Shown here: piece by piece, positions 49,309 to 61,700 of the stretch
Numbering within the stretch: position 1 is the stretch's first letter
How the letters are laid out: each line of letters opens with the position of its first letter
Assembly: GCA_030141605.1 (NCBI GenBank)
Contig: JAQGDQ010000372.1
Span: 1-64,000, forward strand
Reading direction: 5' to 3'
DNA length: 64,000 nucleotides
DNA from: Tubiluchus corallicola
Taxonomy: Eukaryota > Animalia > Priapulida
Translations under genes and position numbers: made by a program
The notes under the pieces: generated by a model
The model's input: the letters and a program-made list of their open reading frames with translations, nothing else
What the model was told of the DNA's origin: nothing
The model's database searches: none

Positions 49309-52300
49309 TACTACTAAAATTGCCTCAGCGTTCTTGAATAAAAACTTCTTAGTTACCAGCGTATATAGTACACACAAAAAATACAACAAACACCTGTTTG
49401 AGTTCAAAAACTTTAGTAGAAGTAATACAGTTGGAATCAGGATAGAATTACCTAATTAACTATACATTTTTTTAAAGTGGACCTATTGTTCATTATGCAA
49501 AATTTAGTATGTTAAAGAAACAAGCAAATCTGGTTCACATAAACAATGACTAAATGTTAGAGATATAGACTGACAAGTAAACATTGTTAGTTTGATATCT
49601 TTGTCTTAATGCAACACTGAACACTACTTTTTATGGGAAATAAACCCAAGCCTACTACCGTCAAGACCATTACTCGCATTACACAATATAAGTTAGTAAT
49701 GTTTTCTTATTCTTCTTACAATTAGATCTTACTTAAGGACTTACCGTTCATGAGTACCATTCTTAACCAACCAAAATCTTATTAAATTTCACTTTTAATC
49801 AAAATTACATTGTTGCAATATCAAAAACGACCTGGCATACAGATCAAATAGTACAACTATGTTGGCTTTGAGGGGTAAAAAATTACTAAAAACATGGATA
49901 ATTGACTCGCACGACGTGAATTGACGCAGCTGGATGGAAATTGATTAGACCTACTAAAAAAATTTAATTTTTGTCGTACATAATCGACTTTTTAGATACT
50001 GGACAATTTGTACAACTTTGTGTGCAACTGTCAAACTTAATACATGATACGGTGTCACAAACACTGAACAACTCGGTATTTCCAATGTGCAAAGTAATTT
50101 GGAATTGTTATACAACAGCTTTTAAAACGATCATCACATCAAGAAAAACTGCAGTGAACACTTATAATAAAAACGAAGTCATACGAAACAGTTAAAATAA
50201 CTTTCTGAACAGCCCGGCACTAACACATTGCTAAAAATCTATCAGCTCAAGCATTTGTTATTTAAAAAGCTAAAACACTAACACCAAAAAATCAACAAAA
50301 AAACTGTCAAACTTCTTTCTCTATAGTAGGTCTAGGAATACTGAGACTATTATGCTGGTATATTGCTAACTAGTTATCATATACGCAAGTCATGAAATGC
50401 AAAGAGTAGAATGCGTAAAAGCTATTAAAACACTCCTAGGAAATGCATGCAAAAGTTGTAGTTAGTAATGCTAATTGGCTATATTGTAAACTGTCCAAGA
50501 CAAAGCCATATCAGAATTAAAGAAACATGGCTACCTTAACCCATAAACAGTAGCCTGGAAGCTAGCCCGTTCTTGCATAAGATGAGATGCTCTCAAGTCA
50601 TAGAATGTAACTTAGGGTATAACTAAATGCCTTTAACGAATAGAAAAACCTCTTTTGCAATACTTCTCTTCAAGCTACTAATGATAGACCTACACTCCAA
50701 AGCTAAAAATATACCAAAAGATGAAATATAAAATTCTACACCTACAAAATGTAAAACTTTTACGCTGGGCGGTAAAATATTATGGTTGGTCGGGTTACCT
50801 TAACCAAACAACATTTTAAGCTTAATTACATGTGTGTGTGTGTGCTGTGCGTGTTTGTGTGTGTGTGTGCCGTATATTGCTGTACTCATGTACAAAAATT
50901 TCAGAAGTATATAACAACTACTTTTTACTGTTACTCCTAGAAGGATTTCTCCTAAAATGAAGGATCAAAAAGTTTGCTATAAATAGCAAGGGATTTGAGA
51001 TACACTACTGCCTATGATTTTCATTGGCACCACATCATAATAATACAAGAAATTGGTGTTTTAAATGTTTACCAAATTAGAAAAAATTACTAACCTGAAA
51101 ATGGTGCAAATTCTGTCTAATGTACGTAGTAAATTCTGTCTAAAGTAGTAGGCAGGAATAGCATCCCGATTTTAAAAATAGCTGTTAAAGCTGCACTGAG
51201 GACAAAACAAGATTATGCATCAAAATGTAGTCTAGCCACAGCTGATAACAATATCATACTTAAATTTCAATGAAAAGTTTTGTACAGGCAAAAATAAGCT
51301 ATATTAGCTTTGGCGGCAATGTCACTAGTCAATGTCTCTAGCGCATTTAACAACGCACACGCATGTGTGGTAAAAAACAAATAAAAATGTTACTCTATCA
51401 AAACTTTTCTTGCCGACTTTACACAAATTACACCAGAACACGCTTCTCAGATGGGCAAAAATAATCTAGGAATACACCAACTAGGAGGCAGTTAATTTAC
51501 TTATAAACTGTAGTTATATAGAACCCATGAGTCAGTCCTGTATGATGTTCCATTGGGATGCATGTGTGACATGTGTCCCCACAAATTAAAACTATGATCT
51601 GCAAGTAAATTATTATTATCATAGCTGATCTACCTACCACTTTCTAAGATACTGCATGTGATGAATGCAGTAATAAGGATAATATTAACTCCCCTTTTTA
51701 CCAGATATCGTGAAAATTGTATTTAGTCCAGTTTAGAAGTTATTGAATTACTATAGATTTTTTTTAAAAATCTCGAGCACTTTCGCAATGATAATAATTG
51801 TTTAAGTGTTACTGTTGTAACTCACAAAAATATTTCAGGTAAAGCAACCAACTTATTTAAGCCTACAATTTCTCAAGCACACCTCAGTTAGGACTTGCCA
51901 TGGCTAATGGCTGTTGTACAAATGTAATGATTTTATTTGCAGTGAATCTCCATGTAACCTACTCAACTGCAGAGCGAAAGGAACATCAGTAAGTTTAAGT
52001 TTTTTCCCTGTCAAATGTTACAGTAGCTTAAAATTAAATCTTACAATATAGCTTGCTCAGACTCAAAACCATCATCTGTAAAGTATAGGGAGCAAACTCC
52101 ATCGTTCTGCCTCATCCAGTTCTTTACTCATCGATCACACCTATGAATCCAGTGCTCTCCTACAATTTTAATTTTGAAAAATGCAAAATGATCACTTTGG
52201 AGCAGTTGCAGCGGCACAAGGCAAGCTGGTGCTGTGACATTTAAAAAGCAAGAATGATGAGAAGACGGCAGATTTAATTATGTTACAATAACGAAGCAGC

Positions 52301-52511
52301 ACAGTGCGTGATACCAGAAATGACAAGCTAAAATTTTCATACTGTGTACATCATTACTGGTCTTTTTTGTCTCTCACATATAGTGGATTGATGTAGTTGA
52401 ATACAAAACTGTTATTTGAGCTTAACCTTAATAATACCTCTAGCTCTGCTCTTGCTAGGCTTGTTTTTTAGTCTGGCATTGCTTATCTATTCTGATTTCT
52501 ATAATAATTAT

Positions 52512-54122
52512 TAGTGTTTACACGGGTAGTGAAAATCAGACTCGGGTGCCCTTGTCCTCATGCCCGGGTACCCGATTGTTAAGATTCAGTGGCAGCGAAT
52601 AAATTATAATCATTTATATTTGCAAATAATAACAACCACAAGTATATATATAGCTCTTCTGGAAACATCAAAAGAAAGCCTGCAACAACTGACCACAAGT
52701 ATGGAAGAAGTAGCGGGAAAAATTGGATTGAGAATTAGTCAAGAAAAGACCAAAGTTTTGAAAGTGTGGACAAACCAACAGAATGATGTACATATAACAG
52801 TGGGAGGCCAAATGGTTAAGAACGTTACCAGTTTTTCATATCTGGGCAGTGTGATGACCTGTAATGGAGGTACAGAAAATGACATCAGGGGGAGAATCGG
52901 CAAAGCAACAGCAGTATTTAGGAAGATGGGAAAAATCTGGACAAGCAAGAAAATTGACATGAAAATCAAACTTCGTCTGTACAACGCCATTGTGCTGCCA
53001 ACGGCTCTCTATGCCAGCGAAACCTGGAAAGTCACAGCGGAGTTATCAAAGAAACTGAACATCTTCCACCAAAAATGCCTTCGAAAGATACTAAAAATCT
53101 CCTACCGCGACCATGTCACCAATGTAGAAGTTCTTCAACGAGCGCAGTCATTGCGGTTACAAGATATAGTTACAGAGAGAAGAATGAAACTGGCTGGACA
53201 TATTCTCCGTCTATCAGAAAGTCGCTACGCCAAAACAGCAGTACAGTGGGAACCACCTGGTGGGAAACGAAAAAGAGGTCGGCCAAAAACAACGTGGCGC
53301 AGATCCTTCAAAGAAGACCTTCGAGCTGTCAACAGACGTTGGGAAAACGTAGAGAACGAAGCCGCCGATAGAACTCAGTGGAAAATGCTGTCTGCCCAAT
53401 GTGCATCAATGCGCAGGAAGGACTAAGGTCTAAGGTAAGGTATGCATTTCAACTTACTGCTGTGTTATCTTAGCAATAAGCATTCAGTTATTACAGGCTT
53501 AGACCCTGAACACGAGCTATGAGTCATAAAAGTTAGTGTTTTGCTTATCGGCTGCCTTATCTCCCAGACTTCTTAATTACTTGTATTGCATGTTCTATCA
53601 ATGAATCAGCTACAGTGTAGAGATTATAATAATCTATTGCGATTTTTGTGTTTTGTTAAACTTAACAATCCGCTTGTTGGTATCATTGTTAGTGGCTGGA
53701 AAGCTTTTTAAATGTTAACAAACCATTTCATTTGGATAATTAACCTTTCTGTAAAGAAATTACAGTTTGTTTTCGTAAAGTTTCGTAGGCCAAACCTTCA
53801 GCAAAAATGGTTTGATCTGCAATGCGCTTGTAACTGGATAGAGAAAATATAAGCGCTGCTGGCTTGCTAATGCTGAAATACACTACTATACAGTGTTTCA
53901 AATCGAATGCAGGTTGGCAATGTTCCAGCGCAGTTGTTAATAGTCTGTTAGCATGTATTTGCTATACAGTGCAAGAGTGCCGCAAAAAGCGGCATGTAAA
54001 TTTTTTTCTGGATATTCTATTAACAATATTGTCTACATTTTCACTGTTGGAACCGGGTAGGATTACCAGGCTAGGATAACCAACAATGCGGGTAAGTACC
54101 CGAGTAGCCGATGGAAACACTC
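52512..54122. mobile_element. Old hAT-like element hosting the RTE insertion
   Basis: Termini tagtgttt/aaacactc; subterminal tacccg/cgggta motifs at both ends; degenerate 8-bp TSD ataattat/aaaattaa. Confidence 0.4.
52650..53441 (+). mobile_element. 5'-truncated RTE-clade LINE (RT C-terminal region)
   Basis: Uninterrupted ORF to 53426: GLRISQEKTKV, FSYLGS, RIGKA, LYASETW, GKRKRGRPKTTW; (taagg)n tail. Confidence 0.93.
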
Positions 54123-54357
54123 AAAATTAATATTATAAAAAATGTAAATTTATTTACTTAACATTTAATGCCCTATTCTAAGTTCATTAGAAGGTTATGA
54201 ATTCAACACTTCAGTGTATTCGGCTTGTTAACTTATAATTATAAGTATAGCTGGTATAAGAATTTAAAATGTTACACAGCCACTGAAACAGCATAACCAG
54301 TGTGAAAAACCAACTCAGGCAATAACGAATTTTGACAGAAGCAAACTTTGAACTTAC

Positions 54358-54560
54358 CGGGCGATTTCAAAAGAACCCAATATGCTCAAACATAGACCGA
54401 CAAACAACTTCGGTACACAAAAACAAGCACGAAAAAGTCGTAAAACACCACCTTAGCAGAATCAAATTATATTTAATGTGGAAAACTGAGAGAGCGGCAA
54501 TGAAATCAAACAACACCAAAAGCTGTAAGCGCCATGATACTCCGGTTCTTGCGAAATCTT
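54358..54560 (-). promoter_or_regulatory. Candidate non-coding first exon/promoter of Ral
   Basis: Donor CCG|gtaagt at 54352-54357; CpG-richer segment downstream of the upstream gene's 3' region. Confidence 0.4.
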
Positions 54561-55941
54561 CATTACCTTGCGCACTGCTTAACCGGCAACATTTACTATT
54601 TCTCGCGACTCTTATATTCCCTCTTTTTGTACAAACACGTACAATATTATGACGTTCAGGCTGCTCTGCAAATTTTCAAAAATGTTTGTTTTAAGTAAAT
54701 AACCAATTAAATTACTATTAAGTAAATGATCGCGGAATAGCCAAAATGGGGTTTTCAGTACAATACATGTAAAACTGCTTTCATGGTAATTACGATGTCT
54801 TTGTATTGACACATTAATTCTTTTTATTGTATTGATTGACTACCTTACTTGAAGTACTGTTAATAAATTTCTAATGTGGTTATACGTGCAAAGTCTAATA
54901 CGTTTACGTAATATTTTTTCAATATGGCTCATTTAAAATGAAGTCTAATACTTCATGATGGAAGGGATACAAGGTCTACTTAATGGATTGGTATTAGCTG
55001 GATAGTCTGGCTTATTAACACTCACATTCACTTAAAAATGCTCTGCAATGTAAAGCATTAAGTTACTAGCACGTTTTCCGCGTGTGTAAAATGTATGAAC
55101 TTACATTTCTAAGCATGGATGTAGCTTGCACTCTTATGTTGTGTATGAAGAGCTTCCATCAGTGCAAGTCTTTCTCTTAGAAAACCATTTTACCGTTGCT
55201 GTGGAATTCATTTTTTCGCAAAAACTTAGAGTTGGAAGTAACTCTATTGCGGCAACACAATATAAAGATTGCCCAAAAACTTATTACATGAATTAGATCC
55301 GCATCATGGTGAAATAGTTATAGCACTTTATTGAGTTATTGCACAGGCAAGTAACCAAAAAATGGATGTGAATAGCAATTATATAAAACAAAAGAAAAGC
55401 AAACAAGACATTTAAAAATAACAATTAACAAATGTATTATATTTTAAAATAATAAATAATTTCCCTATCTCAACAAATTTTATTTGTGCGTAAACAGACT
55501 TGCAATCAAAAGTGCACCGTTATTATTTGTGCATATATTTCTACAACCATAAAACAACATCTAGACTAGAAAAATTTTTTAGACTACCTTCCATAAACCT
55601 TTGCAAAGAAAAAGTTGCCAATTAAAAATTGGAGCTTATACAAATTTACATTCTTTAAAAGCAAGCTAAAAACTAAAGCGTTTCACCAGTATAATAGGGT
55701 ATAAGTGGTGACTGTGTAAAGGACATAGGCGGTGGCGCATCCTCTTGAGGTGGTGCAGCAGCATCAGAGGAAGGCAGGAGCGCAACGTTGACAAGGGGGT
55801 GCTGACGAGTCGGAGTGACATTTTTATAACCCATTTTAAATGTCCTTGTTAATGAACTTTTGTAATTAAATTATGCAGATTTCATCTATTTAAATTATTC
55901 AACCTTGCGTGAAGTAATTACAAGTTATTTCGGCAGTCGTA

Positions 55942-56075
55942 AAGATTTCTGACGTGATCACATGCTTCAACGGAGAAAGTGATGTTGCAACGTGGCTGCA
56001 AAAAGTTGAGTTAGTGGCCAAGCTTCTAAAGATTGATGCTGTTGCTTCAATGACGTAGTGTTTTTGGAAGGTGCT
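55942..56075 (+). mobile_element. Ty3/Gypsy gag N-terminal remnant
   Basis: KISDVITCFNGESDVATWLQKVELVAKLLKIDAVAS..FLEGA with stop/frameshift; resembles Gypsy gag N-termini (recall). Confidence 0.7.
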
Positions 56076-56459
56076 GATTTTGACGTCCGAATCTGAAGCC
56101 TCTCATGTAAATTACAGCCACAGCGGGGTTTTCACTTAGAGAATGATCCAAAGGCTAGAGGACACCAGAGGAAGACAAAGATCAATTATTCTTGATTTCT
56201 GCCCACATTTATTCTAACTTAGAATTCTGTAGTGTACGGTGTTAAAATAAAAGTGTTAAACTTATTTCACTAGTTCATTGTTTCTGCTCACAGTCTACCA
56301 TAGTCTTGCTCAAAATATAGCTTCATTACGCAAAATGAACCCAAGTCACTCTGCTAAGTAGAGTAGTTGTAAAATACACACTAATGTTATGTGGTACATC
56401 CTAGACGTATCAAGCACTTCAGTAGTTTACTGATATAGTTTCATAAATATCTTCTTTAC

Positions 56460-56540
56460 TGGTGATTAACAATCCATTTCTAATCAAGTCCTGTCTTGCT
56501 TAACTTCAGTCATTAAGCCTTGACTGAAACCGGGGTAGGT
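56460..56540 (-). mobile_element. Degenerate 5S-derived SINE head fragment
   Basis: ctgaagttaagcaagacaggacttgattagaaatggat resembles 5S box A/IE/box C. Confidence 0.45.
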
Positions 56541-57250
56541 ATTATAGAAGTACACGTCTATCTTGATCTTCTGCAATCAGTTGCCAAAATTTGAAAGCTT
56601 TGTGGAACATCACAAAAATAAGAAGCCTCAAATGGTGATACAAATACTACCAATTGTGTTTAAAGGGAAGCATACTGCGTTTGAAGCTGCGGCAATGTTT
56701 GTGCATCCTTGGTCATCTAAAAAAAAGTCGCAGACACATCAGAAATAATTCAAAGAAATTAATCAGTAAGAAAAGGTCACTATTGTGATAGCTAACAAGA
56801 ATATAATGATGCAATGAACTATAAATGCATGTAAGGTCCTCAGAAAACAAAGCAAATCACATTTGCACTTCATATTACCATAATATGCAGCTTGCCTCTC
56901 ACTTAATCACATTTTTACAAATTCTGTAATTCAGTTGTGGTTTTGTCAAACGCGTTTATGTACGTTAAACCTTCCCTTTATACTAAATGACTTCAGACAA
57001 TACTTGGTGAATTCTTATAAAGGAGGCCAAGCAAAATTTCAACAATATGGAATAACAGGATAATATGGAATAGACAGAGAAAAAACAATGATTCAAAACC
57101 TTAAATAAGGTATACTGTATAATTTAGAAACAACTTTTCTGAGCTTTGTGTTCACCACTGTCTGTAGCTAGTCAAATTTGCTAGGCAGACCCACAAACTT
57201 TTAAATTAAGTGAGTTGAGAACTTAAGGACATTTAAGAACATTTAATTCT

Positions 57251-58399
57251 GAAAACCCATACTTACACATACTTACTTATGAAAACCCACACTTACACAT
57301 ACTTACTTATGAAAGCCCATACTTACACATACTTACTTATGAAAACACACACTTACACATACTTACTTATGAAAACCCACACTTACACGTACTTACTTAT
57401 GAAAACCCATACTTACACATACTTACTTATGAAAACCCATACTTACACATACTTACTTATGAAAACACACACTTACACATACTTACTTATGAAAACCCAC
57501 ACTTACTCGTACTTACTTATGAAAACCCATACTTACACATACTTATGAAAACCCACACTTACTCGTACTTACTTATGAAAACCCACACTTACACATACTT
57601 ACTTATGAAAACCCATACTTACTTATGAAAACCCATACTTACACATACTTATGAAAACCCATACTTACACATACTTACTTATGAAAACCCATACTTACAC
57701 ATACTTACTTATGAAAACCCATACTTACACATACTTACTTATGAAAACCCATACTTACTTATGAAAACCCATACTTACACATACTTACTCATGAAAACCC
57801 ATACTTACACATACTTACTTATGAAAACCCATACTTACACATACTTACTTATGAAAACCCATACTTACTTATGAAAACCCATACTTACACATACTTACTC
57901 ATGAAAACCCATACTTACACATACTTACTTATGAAAACCCATACTTACACATACTTACTTATGAAAACCCATACTTACACATACTTACTTATGAAAACCC
58001 ACACTTACACATACTTACTTATGAAAACCCATACTTACACATACTTACTTATGAAAACCCATACGTACACATACTTACTTATGAAAACCCATACTTACAC
58101 ATACTTACTTATGAAAACCCACACTTACACGTACTTACTTATGAAAACCCATACTTACACATACTTACTTATGAAAACCCACACTTACACATAGTTACTT
58201 ATGAAAACCCATACTTACACATACTTACTTATGAAAACCCATACTTACGCATACTTACTTATGAAAACCAATACTTACGCATACTTACTTATGAAAACCC
58301 ACACTTACACATACTTACTTATGAAAACCCACACTTACACATACTTACTTATGAAAACCCATACTTACACATACTTACTTATGAAAACCCATACTTACG
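57251..58399. repeat. 30-bp minisatellite, about 39 units
   Basis: Unit atgaaaacccatacttacacatacttactt with 20- and 26-bp variants; explains the MKTHTYTYLL ORFs. Confidence 0.97.
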
Positions 58400-58591
58400 T
58401 CTTTTAGGCAAAATTGTCAAAAAATATAGTTATGCCCAAACATGTATAAAAATCAAAATTCCTTAAATCTTCCTTAAGATGTCAGATAGCTTGCAACGGC
58501 CAAGGACAACAATGAGGTGAAAAAATACTCAAATAAACTTTCTGCAGGCATAACTAAGACAGAAACTGACAGCAAGCAGCACATACCATTA

Positions 58592-58774
58592 CTAATTTGT
58601 GGACTGTTTCTTCTGTCTCCAGGCCTGAAACTCTGTATTTACCGTCACGTAATCTGCAAAGCAGTTGTAGGGTGCTACAGAGATACGAAGCCAGGTGGCA
58701 CCAGCTATTGGGAATGTGGTGATCTGCACGTTACGGTCCAGAAAAAAATCTCGCCGTAAAGCATTAGCATCAGT
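58592..58774 (-). CDS. Class-V lyase last coding exon (TDANALRR...WLRISVAPYNCFADY...QSTN*)
   Basis: Acceptor aattttttag; TAG at 58592-58594. Confidence 0.82.
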   Translation of the reverse strand, partial: TDANALRRDFFLDRNVQITTFPIAGATWLRISVAPYNCFADYVTVNTEFQAWRQKKQSTN

Positions 58775-61700
58775 CTAAAAAATTGCAAATAAGCAATTAT
58801 GAAACCATTTCATTTAACAATTATTAATGTCTGAGCAGGAATGGGCCAGCAAACAAAACAGATAATAAACTTTGGTGCACATAATCATTCAGTTCTTCTT
58901 CTTCCCAGCTTTTCCCTATGCGGGGTCGCCGTTGTGAATGAATCTTCTCCACGCATTCCTGTTGTTGACCATCTCTTCATTTACGTCTTCAATTCCCACA
59001 TGATCTTCACCGACTCTTCTTTTCAGGTGTCCATACCATCGCAATCTTGCGAGGCTTCCACTACTTTTACTGTTCCTCTGATATTATTATTTCTAATTTT
59101 ATCTCTTCTTGTTATTCCCACCATCCATCTCAACATCCTCATCTCCACCACACCCATTTTCTTCTCTTCGGTCTTCTTTGGAGAAGCTGCTTCCAGCCCA
59201 TAGATTAGAGCGGGTCTGACCACTTCTTTGTGGACTTTACCTTTAAGTCTCACCGACTCATTCATAGAAGGTTTTGGCGCAGTTTTTACAGGCGGATGCC
59301 CTTCCTGACCCTAACCCTCCCTATTTATCCGAGCTTGGGACCGGCACTGAGTTGGGCTGGCTTGCCCCCCCCCCCCTGTGGTTAGGTTGCATATAATCAT
59401 TTAGTTACTGATAATAAAACACAGCTTACGATCATTACCTAAACAGCTTTCTAACACACCAAGCAGCTGAAGAGTGGAGAAGCAAGATAATAGTATTTGT
59501 CATTAACTTCAAGCAGTTAAGTTTGACAGACAGTCAGTCAGTCAGTCAGTCATGATAAAAATCACTTAGTTTCAATTGAAAGTAGTATTGCACACAGACA
59601 ATGAAACATTCCACACTAAAAATCAAAAATTTTTAGAACATCCTTTTTGTTATATCCTTTTTCCGACAAACGGTAATTCTTTTTTATACAAATCAGCCTA
59701 AGCAAAGGGGGCATTGATACTCAGGCTACCACAAAAATATTGAAATATGTCAGCAGAACCAAAAAATATAGCTTTCTTAGAAGTAATTTGGCGAACGACT
59801 AGGGTACATGTTATCGTTTTTCTTGAAAAGGATGAAGTTACAGTTATTAGGGAAGCAATTTTATTGTAAAAAATTCCATAGGTAAAGCGCCCTCCTCCCA
59901 GAGAAGAAACTGGATTGACAAGCAACCAAACTGCATCAAAAAATGTCAAGGGTAAAAAATGAAAACAACTGATATTTGAAAAGCAATAGCGAAAATCTTG
60001 AAAGAGTTGAGAATCAGCAACAAACAATAAACAGAGACTAAAAGACAAAATGCGAAATTTAAAGCAACTAATTAAGTTTGTCTAAATTAGAATGCAAAAA
60101 ACTACCTGCTTGTTAAAAAATGATTTATCAATACTTAGTTAATCATGATAATTTACCAACAATATCACACAAAAACTCTACCACATACTGATGTCTGATT
60201 ACCACCTACCATATTTCCGCTACGGTATCCCTTCACTTCTGGGAGCCGAATCAGCCGCATGTATGGTGCTTCCATGTCTTTAGGGATAGGCAGCTTCTCC
60301 ATGTTCCATTCCCGAGACAAGTAGTCAGCTGCTTTATCAGCTAGAGGAATGCAATAAGTTCTTATCCCTGCCTAAAACAAACGTAAACGAAAAATATGTA
60401 AGATAGTGATAAAAGCCACTAACAATAATAATAATAATATAATATGGTTATAATAGTTAAATGATGCAAGGTTGAATTTAAAAAAATAATAAGAAATACA
60501 AATGTATTTGTGGTGGAAAAGAAAAACATAAGATAACACACAACTGTATAGATTTGAAACTATAGAAAATAACAATGTAATTAAAGCATCTGAAACTATC
60601 CTAGTTTTACGAGTATCAGCCTAAATAAGCTTGTAAACAGGAAACTTTTGCATAAATCTGTTAAAATCAAGTGAATATCATAACAAAATCAGCAAAACTC
60701 GAGTAATGATTGGCCATTTACCCACAACTCGTCTGACCCCTGATATTTTTGTTAACGGTGAATTTAGTAAACAATTTTAAGCTGTACAAGTTCATTCGTC
60801 ATGTTGATGCTCCATAAATCACTACTAAAGGAAGTTTAAGCCACTATGTTTGCCAGGCAGACTATTAGACAAAATCTATGATTTATTGTTGACACTTTAC
60901 TGCATAGAGATCATCAGATGACCTCCTCTCATCACAAAATCTATGACTTATTGTTGACACTTTACTGCATAGAGATCATCAGATGGCCTCCTCTCATCAC
61001 AAAATCTATGACTTATTGTTGACACTTTACTGCATAGAGATCATCAGATGACCTCCTCTCATCACAAAATCTATGACTTATTGTTGACACTTTACTGCAT
61101 AGAGATCATCAGATGGCCTCCTCTCATCACAAAATCTATGACTTATTGTTGACACTTTACTGCATAGAGATCATCAGATGGCCTCCTCTCATCACAAAAT
61201 CTATGACTTATTGTTGACACTTTACTGCATAGAGATCATCAGATGGCCTCCTCTCATCACAAAATCTATGACTTATTGTTGACACTTTACTGCATAGAGA
61301 TCATCAGATGACCTCCTCTCATCACAAAATCTATGACTTATTGTTGACACTTTACTGCATAGAGATCATCAGATGGCCTCCTCTCATCACAAAATCTATG
61401 ACTTATTGTTGACACTTTGCTGCATAAAGATCATCAGATGGCCTCCTCTCATCACAAAATCTATGACTTATTGTTGACACTTTACTGCATACAGATCATC
61501 AGCTGGCCTCCTCTCATCACAAAATCTATGACTTATTGTTGACACTTTGCTGCATAAAGATCATCAGATGGCCTCCTCTCATCACAAAATCTATGACTTA
61601 TTGTTGACACTTTACTGCATACAGATCATCAGATGGCCTCCTCTCATCACAAAATCTATGACTTATTGTTGACACTTTACTGCATAAAGATCATCAGATG

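Noticed and set aside
57279-58407. (MKTHTYTYLL)n ORFs, and likewise the poly-V, ER/SL, NQSI and HT ORFs elsewhere
   Set aside because: Translations of micro- and minisatellites
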